A program made the position numbers and the translations under genes. A DNA stretch of 64,000 bases, taken from sequence record OM386658.1. One strand, 5' to 3'. The DNA is from Escherichia phage vB_EcoM_ESCO32. How positions within the stretch are numbered: the first letter of the stretch is position 1; each line of letters begins with the position of its first letter. The notes beneath the pieces were generated by a model, which saw only the letters and a list, made by a program, of their open reading frames with translations, made no database searches and was not told where the DNA came from. Shown in pieces: positions 14,578-23,069 of the stretch.

Positions 14578-15705
14578 TTAAAACACGCTTGCCAAAGTTG
14601 CACCATTGGTGATAGTTGGTTCCAGAACAATACGGAAAGAATCTTCTGGATCATCACTAAACACAACGATTTTACCACCTGTAATAAGATCTGCTTTCAT
14701 TTTTGTCGCATTCAATGGAATTCGAGCATCGCCTTCATCATCAAAAACCACGTAAGAGCTATTAGCAAGGGCTTCTTTAGAGTCTGCATCACTTGGAGAT
14801 GACAAGTACACGTCTAGTGTGCACGAGCCACCTAAAAAGATTGCAGGTGTAAAGTTATGCCAACTAGATACCCAGCTAACTTTCTGAAGTTTTCCATTAA
14901 TAACAACGCTACTGATATCCCATTTATTACCCCCACCCAAAGAAACGCCCATCATAGAGATACATTCTTTAAAGGATAAATCAGGGTAGAAATTAAGTTC
15001 TTCTACTATACCTTGGATCACATCAAAGGACAACTCTAAACTTACATCCCAAAGTCTTTGGAAATTATCAAAGTGTGCTTTGTTATCCAGGTTTTTATCT
15101 AAATAGTCAATCATAGTTTCTAGTGAGATTTTATCATAATTAAAATTATAAAACACACGACTAGGACGATTTAAAAAGAATTCAGAGATAAAACCACTGT
15201 TTTTAGTCAGAATAAACAGTTTATTACCACTGCCAGTACCATCTAACAAAGTGAGAAGTGCTTCTTGATCTTGTTTCTTCTCATACACTTTATCAAACTC
15301 GTCAAAAATAATCACTGCTTTGTCGGTGATCTTGCTAATAAGTTCAATGAAATTAGCATCACTGTAGGCTTGAGTAACCATAATAGTAGGAATACCTTCT
15401 TCTACAAGGTCACGACTAATGAGTTTGGCTAACATAGTTTTACCACTACCCTTAGTTCCTGTCAGAAGCAATCCTGTATTTTTACCTTGTGCACTCCGGC
15501 GATGGAATGTACGGATAACGTGATTTGCTCGTTTTTCTGTTTCACCATACAGAACATCCGGTACACCTGTCAGATTACCACGGCTTAAAAAATAATTGCC
15601 AAGGGGATCACGACTAACAGTATAGAATCCAGGTGGAAGATAGTTAGATTCCACGCCCATATCTTTATTTACACTTACAATATCACCATAAATCGTGTAT
15701 TTCAT
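14578..15705 (-). CDS. P-loop NTPase (AAA-like), paralog of CDS 30467..31627
   Basis: ORF track 375 aa; Walker A GTKGSGKT, Walker B IIFDEFD; about 45 percent identical by eye to the N-terminal 230 aa of the plus-strand paralog. Confidence 0.8.
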   Translation of the reverse strand: MKYTIYGDIVSVNKDMGVESNYLPPGFYTVSRDPLGNYFLSRGNLTGVPDVLYGETEKRANHVIRTFHRRSAQGKNTGLLLTGTKGSGKTMLAKLISRDLVEEGIPTIMVTQAYSDANFIELISKITDKAVIIFDEFDKVYEKKQDQEALLTLLDGTGSGNKLFILTKNSGFISEFFLNRPSRVFYNFNYDKISLETMIDYLDKNLDNKAHFDNFQRLWDVSLELSFDVIQGIVEELNFYPDLSFKECISMMGVSLGGGNKWDISSVVINGKLQKVSWVSSWHNFTPAIFLGGSCTLDVYLSSPSDADSKEALANSSYVVFDDEGDARIPLNATKMKADLITGGKIVVFSDDPEDSFRIVLEPTITNGATLASVF

Positions 15706-15716
15706 TTTAACCCCTT

Positions 15717-16154
15717 TTATTTTTGTTGAGATGAACGAATTAAATCAGCAGCAAATTCAATCAGATACACTTTTGGTGCAATAATGATTTTTAGCCAATC
15801 AAAATTCGAAAAGAAAATAACAAATCCTAAAAAGAAAAAGAAAGCACAGACAACAAGGCCAACAATAGGTAAAGCAGATACTTCACCATAGCGATCTCGT
15901 GACCACAGGCATTCTTTATCTTTAATTGCTTTTACGAGGTTCCGCACAGCAATAAAAGTAATAAACATAAAGCAAATACTAAAAAGTTGCCATAAACCTG
16001 CGGATACTGCTTTCCACACTAATAGTTGATGGATTACTTCTGGAATTTGTTGTTTTCCAAACTCTACAACATCACTCATTGTTTGAATAGTGACGTTAAC
16101 CATGTTCAGAAGTACATCCGTTGCTTTATCTGCGATTGCGTTTGTTTTACTCAT
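15717..16154 (-). CDS. membrane protein (2-3 predicted TM helices)
   Basis: ORF track 145 aa; hydrophobic stretches LWQLFSICFMFITFIAV and IVGLVVCAFFFFLGFVIFF. Confidence 0.6.
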   Translation of the reverse strand: MSKTNAIADKATDVLLNMVNVTIQTMSDVVEFGKQQIPEVIHQLLVWKAVSAGLWQLFSICFMFITFIAVRNLVKAIKDKECLWSRDRYGEVSALPIVGLVVCAFFFFLGFVIFFSNFDWLKIIIAPKVYLIEFAADLIRSSQQK

Positions 16155-16168
16155 TCTTTATTCCTCAC

Positions 16169-16342
16169 TTACCTTTTAAGGAAACCAATCATAATGAAGA
16201 ACCACATCCAGGCAGGAGAGATAATAAAGCCAAAGAAACCGCAAATAACCGCTTTCTTAATCTCTTCCAGACAACCCACCAGGAAAAGAACGAGTGAGAC
16301 TACAATCCAAATAGCCATAAATACTGTAACAAAGAAACTCAT
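16169..16342 (-). CDS. small membrane protein (57 aa)
   Basis: gap ORF MSFFVTVFMAIWIVVSLVLFLVGCLEEIKKAVICGFFGFIISPAWMWFFIMIGFLKR with GGAGAAAGG RBS. Confidence 0.4.
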   Translation of the reverse strand: MSFFVTVFMAIWIVVSLVLFLVGCLEEIKKAVICGFFGFIISPAWMWFFIMIGFLKR

Positions 16343-16362
16343 ACCTTTCTCCCGTCTGTATT

Positions 16363-16614
16363 TTAAAATTCAACCACCACTTTATCGAGGTGCTCTGCTT
16401 CAACTTGATCTAATGTTAACACCTCAACTAAACCCTTGTCAATACCTAATTTAATAACATCAACATATTGTCCAAACAGATCCTGGATAGATATCTTGTG
16501 TTCGACAACAACAACCACTTCATTCCCTTTTGTGAATTCTCTCCATACACGTCCACATTTGAAAATAAAGTCTGCTTCATCTGCTGTTATCATTTTAGGT
16601 TTGATACTTAACAT
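16363..16614 (-). CDS. hypothetical protein (83 aa)
   Basis: ORF track; start overlaps the stop of the upstream gene. Confidence 0.5.
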   Translation of the reverse strand: MLSIKPKMITADEADFIFKCGRVWREFTKGNEVVVVVEHKISIQDLFGQYVDVIKLGIDKGLVEVLTLDQVEAEHLDKVVVEF

Positions 16615-16952
16615 TATAAAACTCCGTACTCTGGTTCAATATTATGCTTACGACAAATGGCATCCCAACGCTCATTACCAAAACTTCTTCCATGTAGTGC
16701 ATCGTATGCGAAATGTTCTGCCAACCACATTACTACACCATCTGGTTCAGTGTCAAGCGGAATTCGAAACTCTCGATCATAACGCATACGGAGAACAAAC
16801 TCATTACCGTCTTCCAGCAGGTGCATATGACTTTTAGCTCGTGATGCCAAATCGAAGAAAGGAGGTTCATCGTTCCAAACGTGACGCTCAACTTCAACAC
16901 CATGATCAACTACCAAAGTGGCAATTACTTCTCTCATTTCTTTACTAAACAT
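16614..16952 (-). CDS. hypothetical protein (112 aa)
   Basis: ORF track; ATG. Confidence 0.55.
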   Translation of the reverse strand: MFSKEMREVIATLVVDHGVEVERHVWNDEPPFFDLASRAKSHMHLLEDGNEFVLRMRYDREFRIPLDTEPDGVVMWLAEHFAYDALHGRSFGNERWDAICRKHNIEPEYGVL

Positions 16953-17050
16953 ATTAAAGCCCTCCTAATTTAATAGTCCACTCAACACCTGTTAGATAAC
17001 TTCTTTACACAAGTATACTAAGAACATATAAGTGATTTTACCAGATATGT

Positions 17051-17404
17051 TTAGCTCCACAAATTATGGAAATACTTAGCAAACAAAATACGACCTTCTA
17101 AACGCTTTTGCCGTTGTTTTTCATTAACTTCTTCAGGTGGAGTTGAATCCTTAAAAGAGGACTCCATTTTTTCAAGAATTTCTAACCAGTGTTCTGCTGC
17201 TCGTTCTTCCATATAAGGTAGATAGTCACCTTTAGCGTGTGGGTACATCCGACGAAGTAACCCGCTAGGAATTTTAACATTGTTTGTGGCTATCACTTTT
17301 GCACGATATGCAGAAAGTGCGTTGTAGATCAGTTTACTTAGTGTCACATCCAGATCAAGAAGATCACTCTCTTCAAATTGAATTTTATCGTGTACAATTT
17401 TCAT
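17051..17404 (-). CDS. hypothetical protein (117 aa)
   Basis: ORF track; ATG with AGGAG RBS. Confidence 0.55.
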   Translation of the reverse strand: MKIVHDKIQFEESDLLDLDVTLSKLIYNALSAYRAKVIATNNVKIPSGLLRRMYPHAKGDYLPYMEERAAEHWLEILEKMESSFKDSTPPEEVNEKQRQKRLEGRILFAKYFHNLWS

Positions 17405-17415
17405 ATCACTCTCCT

Positions 17416-17706
17416 TTATAGTAAAACACGTTTTGCACTGCTTGGTGCATTGTCGAACATGTTTATCACTTTGTCAAGTTTGTGTATTAACTCGTTCGTA
17501 ATGTTCCACTCTTTGTATGATCTCCATTGTTTCTTATTCTCACCTACCTGGTGTAAAACTTTGATTGGTGCATTCAAACGTACATTGCGTTCTTTGTCCT
17601 CTTCAAAAGAGGCTAACCATTTTTCGTTATGCCCATGAACAGCAATAATAATGCCAAAACCATCAAAAGTTTCTGTAATATTCTTAGTTGCTAGTGTGAT
17701 GTTCAT
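17416..17706 (-). CDS. hypothetical protein (96 aa)
   Basis: ORF track; first gene of minus island next to the divergent promoter region. Confidence 0.55.
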   Translation of the reverse strand: MNITLATKNITETFDGFGIIIAVHGHNEKWLASFEEDKERNVRLNAPIKVLHQVGENKKQWRSYKEWNITNELIHKLDKVINMFDNAPSSAKRVLL

Positions 17707-17765
17707 ATCTAACCTCTTTTGTTACGATACCCACAGAGTACCAGAAACTAATTTCAAATCAAGTA

Positions 17766-17793
17766 TTGACATACATTTTTATTTTGTTAAGAT
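17766..17793 (+). promoter_or_regulatory. sigma70-type promoter starting the plus-strand block
   Basis: TTGACA-16 bp-TAAGAT on plus strand in the divergent intergenic region 17707-17824. Confidence 0.5.
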
Positions 17794-17824
17794 TAGCGCA
17801 TACCAAATGAAAGGAGAAAAACAA

Positions 17825-18004
17825 ATGCAAAACATCGAACTAACTTCTATCGAAGCTAAAGAAGCAATGAAGGAAGATAGACGTGTTGAACATAACCGTT
17901 TTTGCGGTGGTGAGTGGTTTGAGATGGAATTCAGATCGGAAGTTTGGCAAGGGAGTGATGGGGCTGTAATCAAAAAGGAAAGAAGAAATGATCTACAAAA
18001 ATAA
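17825..18004 (+). CDS. hypothetical protein (59 aa)
   Basis: ORF track frame 17651..18004; start placed at ATG with AAAGGAGAAAAA RBS (MQNIELTS). Confidence 0.45.
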   Translation: MQNIELTSIEAKEAMKEDRRVEHNRFCGGEWFEMEFRSEVWQGSDGAVIKKERRNDLQK

Positions 18005-18140
18005 GTTCACTGGCTGTCTGCGTAAATTTATTGACAAAAAAGGGTATGTTTCTGTTGACAATGGTGTTACGTGGGTGCAAAATGGCACTTCAGAACAACT
18101 GGTCAAGGCTTTACCTTACTACGAGGAGTTTACAAAATGA
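17988..18140 (+). CDS. possible small protein (50 aa)
   Basis: overlapping-frame ORF MIYKNKFTGCLRKFIDKKGYVSVDNGVTWVQNGTSEQLVKALPYYEEFTK; ATGA overlap with next start; speculative. Confidence 0.3.
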   Translation: MIYKNKFTGCLRKFIDKKGYVSVDNGVTWVQNGTSEQLVKALPYYEEFTK

Positions 18141-18337
18141 CAGAATGGGTAAAAGTAGAAGATCCATACGATATCCCACTAGGTGAGTATGTGGTGGTAA
18201 TGGAAGATGGTGAAAAAGGGTATTGTGAAGTGCATAAAAGTATGTCTGGTAAGATTATTGTGGTGAACCATCATTTTCACTTTGATTACCCTCCTATTGT
18301 GGCATATATGCCTTTACCTAAATATGAAGGGGATTAA
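18137..18337 (+). CDS. hypothetical protein (66 aa)
   Basis: ORF track frame 18071..18337; start placed at ATG with GGAG RBS (MTEWVKVEDPYD). Confidence 0.45.
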   Translation: MTEWVKVEDPYDIPLGEYVVVMEDGEKGYCEVHKSMSGKIIVVNHHFHFDYPPIVAYMPLPKYEGD

Positions 18338-18484
18338 ATGTTATTCTTTAAACTTAATATTGCTTTTTGTTTGTTTGCAAACATTGCATTCTGGGTACTA
18401 GGTAGTGTAAAATTAGGCTACTTCTTTACTGTACTACAAGCTATTTGTTTAGCTGGTCAAATAATCACTAAGGGGCGAGTATGA
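18338..18484 (+). CDS. small membrane protein (48 aa)
   Basis: gap ORF MLFFKLNIAFCLFANIAFWVLGSVKLGYFFTVLQAICLAGQIITKGRV; TAAATG and ATGA couplings with neighbours. Confidence 0.4.
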   Translation: MLFFKLNIAFCLFANIAFWVLGSVKLGYFFTVLQAICLAGQIITKGRV

Positions 18485-18909
18485 CACAACAAATTCAAGA
18501 CAAATTTAATGAACTCTATCCAGCAAGTGAAAGCGGCACTCATAACGTGCGTAAATCGCTCTATAACGTCTTTAAAGCAGGATGGGAGGCTTGCCTTCAG
18601 GCTCAAGAAAAACCAGCGTCAGAGACGCGTAACGGCTTTTATATCCCGATTGTTGAAAGTGAGGAAGGATGGGGTAGCAAACATGATGGTTATATGGTAG
18701 GATTCACCATAGAAGATCTTGAAGAACGCCGTAAAGTCTTTGAGGCAGCTAATACAGAAAAGTATGGCTACTATTATGAACGACCTGTTCGTTACATTCC
18801 TGTTGTGCTTAGTCCTAAAGCTGTTGAAACAATGTCTGCAACAGAAAAAGAAAGGACGCGCCATTGTGTATGGTTTGATGATATTGACGACTTTCGATTT
18901 GGAGAATAA
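18481..18909 (+). CDS. hypothetical protein (142 aa)
   Basis: ORF track; ATG with AAGGGG RBS. Confidence 0.6.
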   Translation: MTQQIQDKFNELYPASESGTHNVRKSLYNVFKAGWEACLQAQEKPASETRNGFYIPIVESEEGWGSKHDGYMVGFTIEDLEERRKVFEAANTEKYGYYYERPVRYIPVVLSPKAVETMSATEKERTRHCVWFDDIDDFRFGE

Positions 18910-18912
18910 TTT

Positions 18913-19185
18913 ATGAAAAATAAACACCCTTACTATCAACTATTGCATGTACTGCGCCGATTGCGCAATAAGCAGATTGAAGATTTCCGTCACTTCAAGC
19001 GTGATCGTGTGAATCGTCAATGGATGGATCATCGTTTCTTCTCTTTAACTGTACGTAAGTTCCGTGAAGAGATTAAGAAGACAGACCAGGTAATTGCAGG
19101 TGCTAAACGTGCAATCTCTATGTCAAAAATCACAGGTGTAAATCATATGTACGACTTCAAAACAGACTCTGTTGTACCTATGTAA
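18913..19185 (+). CDS. hypothetical basic protein (90 aa)
   Basis: ORF track; ATG. Confidence 0.55.
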   Translation: MKNKHPYYQLLHVLRRLRNKQIEDFRHFKRDRVNRQWMDHRFFSLTVRKFREEIKKTDQVIAGAKRAISMSKITGVNHMYDFKTDSVVPM

Positions 19186-19348
19186 AGTATTTTGTAAAGT
19201 TTTGTGGAGAGTATTGACTTTTTCAGAAAAACATGCTACCCTAAACCTGAAAGGTGACGAGCGAAGCGAGTTAGTATTCTCTATAGATATTGTTCCTGTC
19301 ACTCATGGAGGGGCAGGAACAGAGTATATTACTGTATAGGAGAATGCT

Positions 19349-19555
19349 ATGGATATTACTACACTAAAGTTTATACTTCTCTTCTTACTTATAGTTATAG
19401 GATTAATTGTTATACCCTATCTATATGTCTACATGTTATCTCGTAAGTATGGTTATGAGCGTATACCATTTTACTATTTAATACCTGTCTTAGTTATCTA
19501 TCTATTTCTCTTTTGTAGATATTGTCCTGAACTAGTCCTGAACATTGGAAGTTAG
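19349..19555 (+). CDS. small membrane protein (68 aa)
   Basis: ORF track; AGGAGAA RBS; two hydrophobic helices; leader contains 9-bp stem CTGTTCCTG...CAGGAACAG (19281-19313). Confidence 0.55.
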   Translation: MDITTLKFILLFLLIVIGLIVIPYLYVYMLSRKYGYERIPFYYLIPVLVIYLFLFCRYCPELVLNIGS

Positions 19556-19674
19556 AACCTGTTGAAGTTTACCATCGTGTATGGAAGACAAAATACAGAT
19601 CTAACAGTAATTAGTTATTGACTCTATCTACTAAATAATCTAGACTCTATGTAAAGTTTACTAAGGAGATTACT

Positions 19675-19839
19675 ATGCAAAACATTTCTATCACTAAAAC
19701 AAAAAGATCTGTACCTAAACTTACTCACTCTACCTACCCTGTTATCATCCGAAAAGGAAAAGAATGGATTAAAGATGATCATGGTGGTTATGTAGAAGTG
19801 TCAAAGCTGAAAGAAGCAGAAGTTAACTTTGTACGCTAA
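19675..19839 (+). CDS. small hypothetical protein (54 aa)
   Basis: gap ORF MQNISITKTKRSVPKLTHSTYPVIIRKGKEWIKDDHGGYVEVSKLKEAEVNFVR with AAGGAG RBS. Confidence 0.45.
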   Translation: MQNISITKTKRSVPKLTHSTYPVIIRKGKEWIKDDHGGYVEVSKLKEAEVNFVR

Positions 19840-19849
19840 GGAGTAGATT

Positions 19850-20131
19850 ATGACTGAAGAGTTTAAGCAATGGTTTGATAAAAACTTTCTACCCCATCTG
19901 TGGCCTAATGAAGAAGAACGTCAAGAGATGATGATCTACACTTGGCTTGCCTGGCGGGATGGCATCCGTAGCAAAGAAGCACAGGAAGAGGAACCTATTG
20001 CTTACATCTTTAAACATCCGGCAGGTAAGTTGTTTTGGGCTTTAACAGACGAAAGTAATAAAGATCACCATGATGTTATTCCTGTGTATGCCAAGAACAA
20101 TGTGAAGGATCAATCAGATGACAATGTATAG
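19850..20131 (+). CDS. hypothetical protein (93 aa)
   Basis: ORF track; AAGGAG RBS. Confidence 0.6.
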   Translation: MTEEFKQWFDKNFLPHLWPNEEERQEMMIYTWLAWRDGIRSKEAQEEEPIAYIFKHPAGKLFWALTDESNKDHHDVIPVYAKNNVKDQSDDNV

Positions 20132-20600
20132 CATATGGGGTAGAATGGGTGAAGACCATGACTACTATTGCTTGAAAAGTAACGTTGAACAGGCAGATGT
20201 TGATCAAATTATAAAGCACTACCTGAAAACATGGCGTGAGGTGGAGTTTAGAGAGTTCGCTATCCTCCATAGTCAAGAAGGAGAAAAGGAGATAGACATG
20301 AGTACACTAACTAAAGCAGTACAAACGCATAAGGAATACGAGGAAGCAGTTAAAGACGAAGTGAACCCTACTTCACTGACGTTCGAAAACCTTACTCCTT
20401 TATTTTGGTCATATGATGGTAATGAAATTTTTACACATGATACACCAGAGGCTGTTAAAAATTGGGAAGGCTGTTGTAATTCCTATGAGGTATTATATGT
20501 CGTAGAAGAAGATGATACGTACATTATGTTCCGCATAGATAACGGTTGTGGTGATCAGTGGGATATTGTTCTTTCTAAACATTTGCAATTGGGTGGTTAA
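20118..20600 (+). CDS. hypothetical protein (160 aa)
   Basis: ORF track; overlaps upstream stop. Confidence 0.6.
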   Translation: MTMYSIWGRMGEDHDYYCLKSNVEQADVDQIIKHYLKTWREVEFREFAILHSQEGEKEIDMSTLTKAVQTHKEYEEAVKDEVNPTSLTFENLTPLFWSYDGNEIFTHDTPEAVKNWEGCCNSYEVLYVVEEDDTYIMFRIDNGCGDQWDIVLSKHLQLGG

Positions 20601-20601
20601 A

Positions 20602-20964
20602 ATGCTAAAGTACCTGATGATCACTTGGTTATGTTTACTTTCATTTGCGGGACATGCAACAGAGGGTTTTAAACTTGGTGCTGACGGTACTAAATTCTTT
20701 ACATATTGGGGTGGGAAAGCCTTATACCAAGAAGAAAAGAATAGCATAGAGTGTACGGTTAGTAAGAAGATTAAATCAGTAGATCAATATGGGGATGCCT
20801 ATACTGGTGTAGGTTTTAACTGTGGAAAAGATTTATTTCTATTTGTTAAGAAGTATTTAGATGTTAACCTTGTATTGCTTATTGTTGTAGATCCTGCTAA
20901 GTTTGAAGAGCGTAAAGCATATCGTGCAGATATGTTCCTAGAATATGATGATAAGGAGAAATAA
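20602..20964 (+). CDS. secreted hypothetical protein with signal peptide
   Basis: ORF track frame 20548..20964; start placed at MLKYLMITWLCLLSFAGHA with GGTGG RBS. Confidence 0.55.
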   Translation: MLKYLMITWLCLLSFAGHATEGFKLGADGTKFFTYWGGKALYQEEKNSIECTVSKKIKSVDQYGDAYTGVGFNCGKDLFLFVKKYLDVNLVLLIVVDPAKFEERKAYRADMFLEYDDKEK

Positions 20965-21315
20965 ATGCTTGATGTAATTATTAATGGTGTTAAATATATT
21001 CCTTATGTAGAGAAAAGCAATCCTGATGCCTTGGATGTTATGTTTGAGGATTCAGATCTTGGTACTGTCACTGTACGGGAATATTTCCGACAACTACTCT
21101 CTACGTTATGGAGAGAAGAAGAGTGTTTTAATGGTAAACGTCCATTTGGTAACTCATGCTGGCAATTTGATATGATCCGCGCCTTAATTGAGGCAGGGTA
21201 TATTGAAGGTACAGTTGTGTACGATGAAGATGGATATCCAGAAGAGACTGACTACGACAGCAAAGAAGCTAATAAATTTATACAGGGCTTGATTGCACAG
21301 ATGTGTTTGGGTTAA
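20965..21315 (+). CDS. hypothetical protein (116 aa)
   Basis: ORF track; AAGGAGAAA RBS. Confidence 0.6.
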   Translation: MLDVIINGVKYIPYVEKSNPDALDVMFEDSDLGTVTVREYFRQLLSTLWREEECFNGKRPFGNSCWQFDMIRALIEAGYIEGTVVYDEDGYPEETDYDSKEANKFIQGLIAQMCLG

Positions 21316-21316
21316 T

Positions 21317-21703
21317 ATGAAAGTATTAAATTTTTACCACTTAGGTAAAGTAATACCTGAAGGTGCAGTTTACATTGGCAGAGCTATGCCTCATATGGGG
21401 TTAAAAGCCTCAAAGTTTGCAAATCCTTTTAAGTTAAAGGATGATGAACCACGAGGGTCAACTATACAAAGATATAAAGAGTGGTTGTGGGAACAAATTC
21501 GTTGTGGTAAAATCACTCTTGAGGATTTGTTAGAATTAGAAGGGAAAGACTTAGTTTGCTTCTGCGCACCTCAACCTTGTCATGGTGATGTGTTGGTAGC
21601 AGCGGTTGCTTGGGCTAGAACAGAGTGGGATAAAAGGCATCCTACTTACACAGATGATTATTGGATTTGGGAGGATATTTATGAAGACTACACAAGAAAT
21701 TAA
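21317..21703 (+). CDS. DUF4326-like protein (tentative)
   Basis: ORF track frame 21293..21703; motifs YIGRAMPHMG ... ANPF ... GKDLVCFCAPQPCHGDVL match my recollection of the DUF4326 pattern; not verified. Confidence 0.5.
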   Translation: MKVLNFYHLGKVIPEGAVYIGRAMPHMGLKASKFANPFKLKDDEPRGSTIQRYKEWLWEQIRCGKITLEDLLELEGKDLVCFCAPQPCHGDVLVAAVAWARTEWDKRHPTYTDDYWIWEDIYEDYTRN

Positions 21704-22046
21704 GGTATTTGATCTGTCAGGCTTAGATATGGAAAAAGCAACCCTGTATCATCACGATAAAGATAATATTACGTACATCTACATCGGAGCAGATAAATAT
21801 AACATTCCTGAAAACTCCCTAGCGGTAATGAAGGAAGGGGATATGCCTTTGCAAGAGAAGATGATTGGTTTTTCCTTTCGTCAAGATGTTAAGATGGATG
21901 GTGTTATTGCTATCTTCCAGGTAGACGAGTTTTATATGGTTACTTTTGTCACACCAAATTTCACCAATATCAATGGGGAAGAGGCAGCAAACGATGTTAT
22001 TGTTCTAACGTTGGGTAATGCCTTAAAAGATTTAGAAAACGTTTAA
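21681..22046 (+). CDS. hypothetical protein (about 121 aa)
   Basis: ORF track frame 21606..22046; start placed at ATG with GGAGGA RBS (MKTTQEIKVF). Confidence 0.5.
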   Translation: MKTTQEIKVFDLSGLDMEKATLYHHDKDNITYIYIGADKYNIPENSLAVMKEGDMPLQEKMIGFSFRQDVKMDGVIAIFQVDEFYMVTFVTPNFTNINGEEAANDVIVLTLGNALKDLENV

Positions 22047-22067
22047 CAAACCAATAAGGAAAATATA

Positions 22068-22583
22068 ATGTTTTTTGATGCTCAATCTCCACTTGTTGAC
22101 TCTGTAAGCAGGGCGGTAATATATCCAGACTTTGATGAAAGAGAAATATGGCTTAAGGAACACCACTATGATCCAGAAAATGTCAACTGGTGCAATCTGG
22201 ATGTTGGTAAGTATCCGCGAGATAAGGGCATCTTGAAATATTATGCTTGCTATACGGTGGATAACATCTATGAATACTACGTGTTTCGTAGTTTGATTAT
22301 CCATTTAAATAAATTGGGTGCTCTAACAGGGGATTCTCAATTCACTCTAGGCCACTATAAACCATTTAAGAAAGGTGGAGAGCACTTTCCAAGCAATTGG
22401 ATTATACAAACATTAAAAGATAATTCTCGTGCTAGTGATGTTATCCCAGACAAAAAAGAAAAGTGGACATGGCATGAGCAAATGGAGTATATTATACAAC
22501 ATATGCCACAACGTGTATTGTATGAGGAAAAGTTGGTCAACCGTTGTGCCGAGTTAATACAGATTGTTAAAGGGTTTTACTAG
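22068..22583 (+). CDS. hypothetical protein (171 aa)
   Basis: ORF track; AAGGAAAA RBS. Confidence 0.6.
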   Translation: MFFDAQSPLVDSVSRAVIYPDFDEREIWLKEHHYDPENVNWCNLDVGKYPRDKGILKYYACYTVDNIYEYYVFRSLIIHLNKLGALTGDSQFTLGHYKPFKKGGEHFPSNWIIQTLKDNSRASDVIPDKKEKWTWHEQMEYIIQHMPQRVLYEEKLVNRCAELIQIVKGFY

Positions 22584-22591
22584 GGGGAAAT

Positions 22592-23068
22592 ATGTCTAAA
22601 CGTTTTGGTCGTAATCAAAAAAGAAAGTTAAGTGCTCAACTAGCAGCTTTGCAAAAAGAGGTTAACACTTTACAAAAAAGTGTTTGTGAACTTAAGGAAC
22701 AAAACCAACTTGAAAAAGAGTGTATCCAGCTTACACAGGAAGTTATTGGTGAGTATTTTCCTTCACTAGTTCCTAAGAAGGTGGCTCTTAGGGAAAATCT
22801 ACCTTTTACCTTGTCCTTAATGCAAGCAAATGATAGATTCCAAACTGAAACTGATGATTTGATGTTTGCAATGCATCAATTACATGGTTTAGAATATACA
22901 GCACAAGTGGATAAACTTCGTAACATGTTATATGTGCGGGTAGAAACACCTAAAGGTGAGACAGTAGCTTTTAATTATAATTTCCAACAGCTACCTGATC
23001 ATATTATTGAACAAATTTTAAAACGAGATTTTGTTCCTATGCTTGTTAAACAAATTAAGAGAGGTTGA
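22592..23068 (+). CDS. hypothetical coiled-coil protein (158 aa)
   Basis: ORF track; AGGGGGAAA RBS; heptad-like N-terminal region. Confidence 0.55.
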   Translation: MSKRFGRNQKRKLSAQLAALQKEVNTLQKSVCELKEQNQLEKECIQLTQEVIGEYFPSLVPKKVALRENLPFTLSLMQANDRFQTETDDLMFAMHQLHGLEYTAQVDKLRNMLYVRVETPKGETVAFNYNFQQLPDHIIEQILKRDFVPMLVKQIKRG

Positions 23069-23069
23069 A

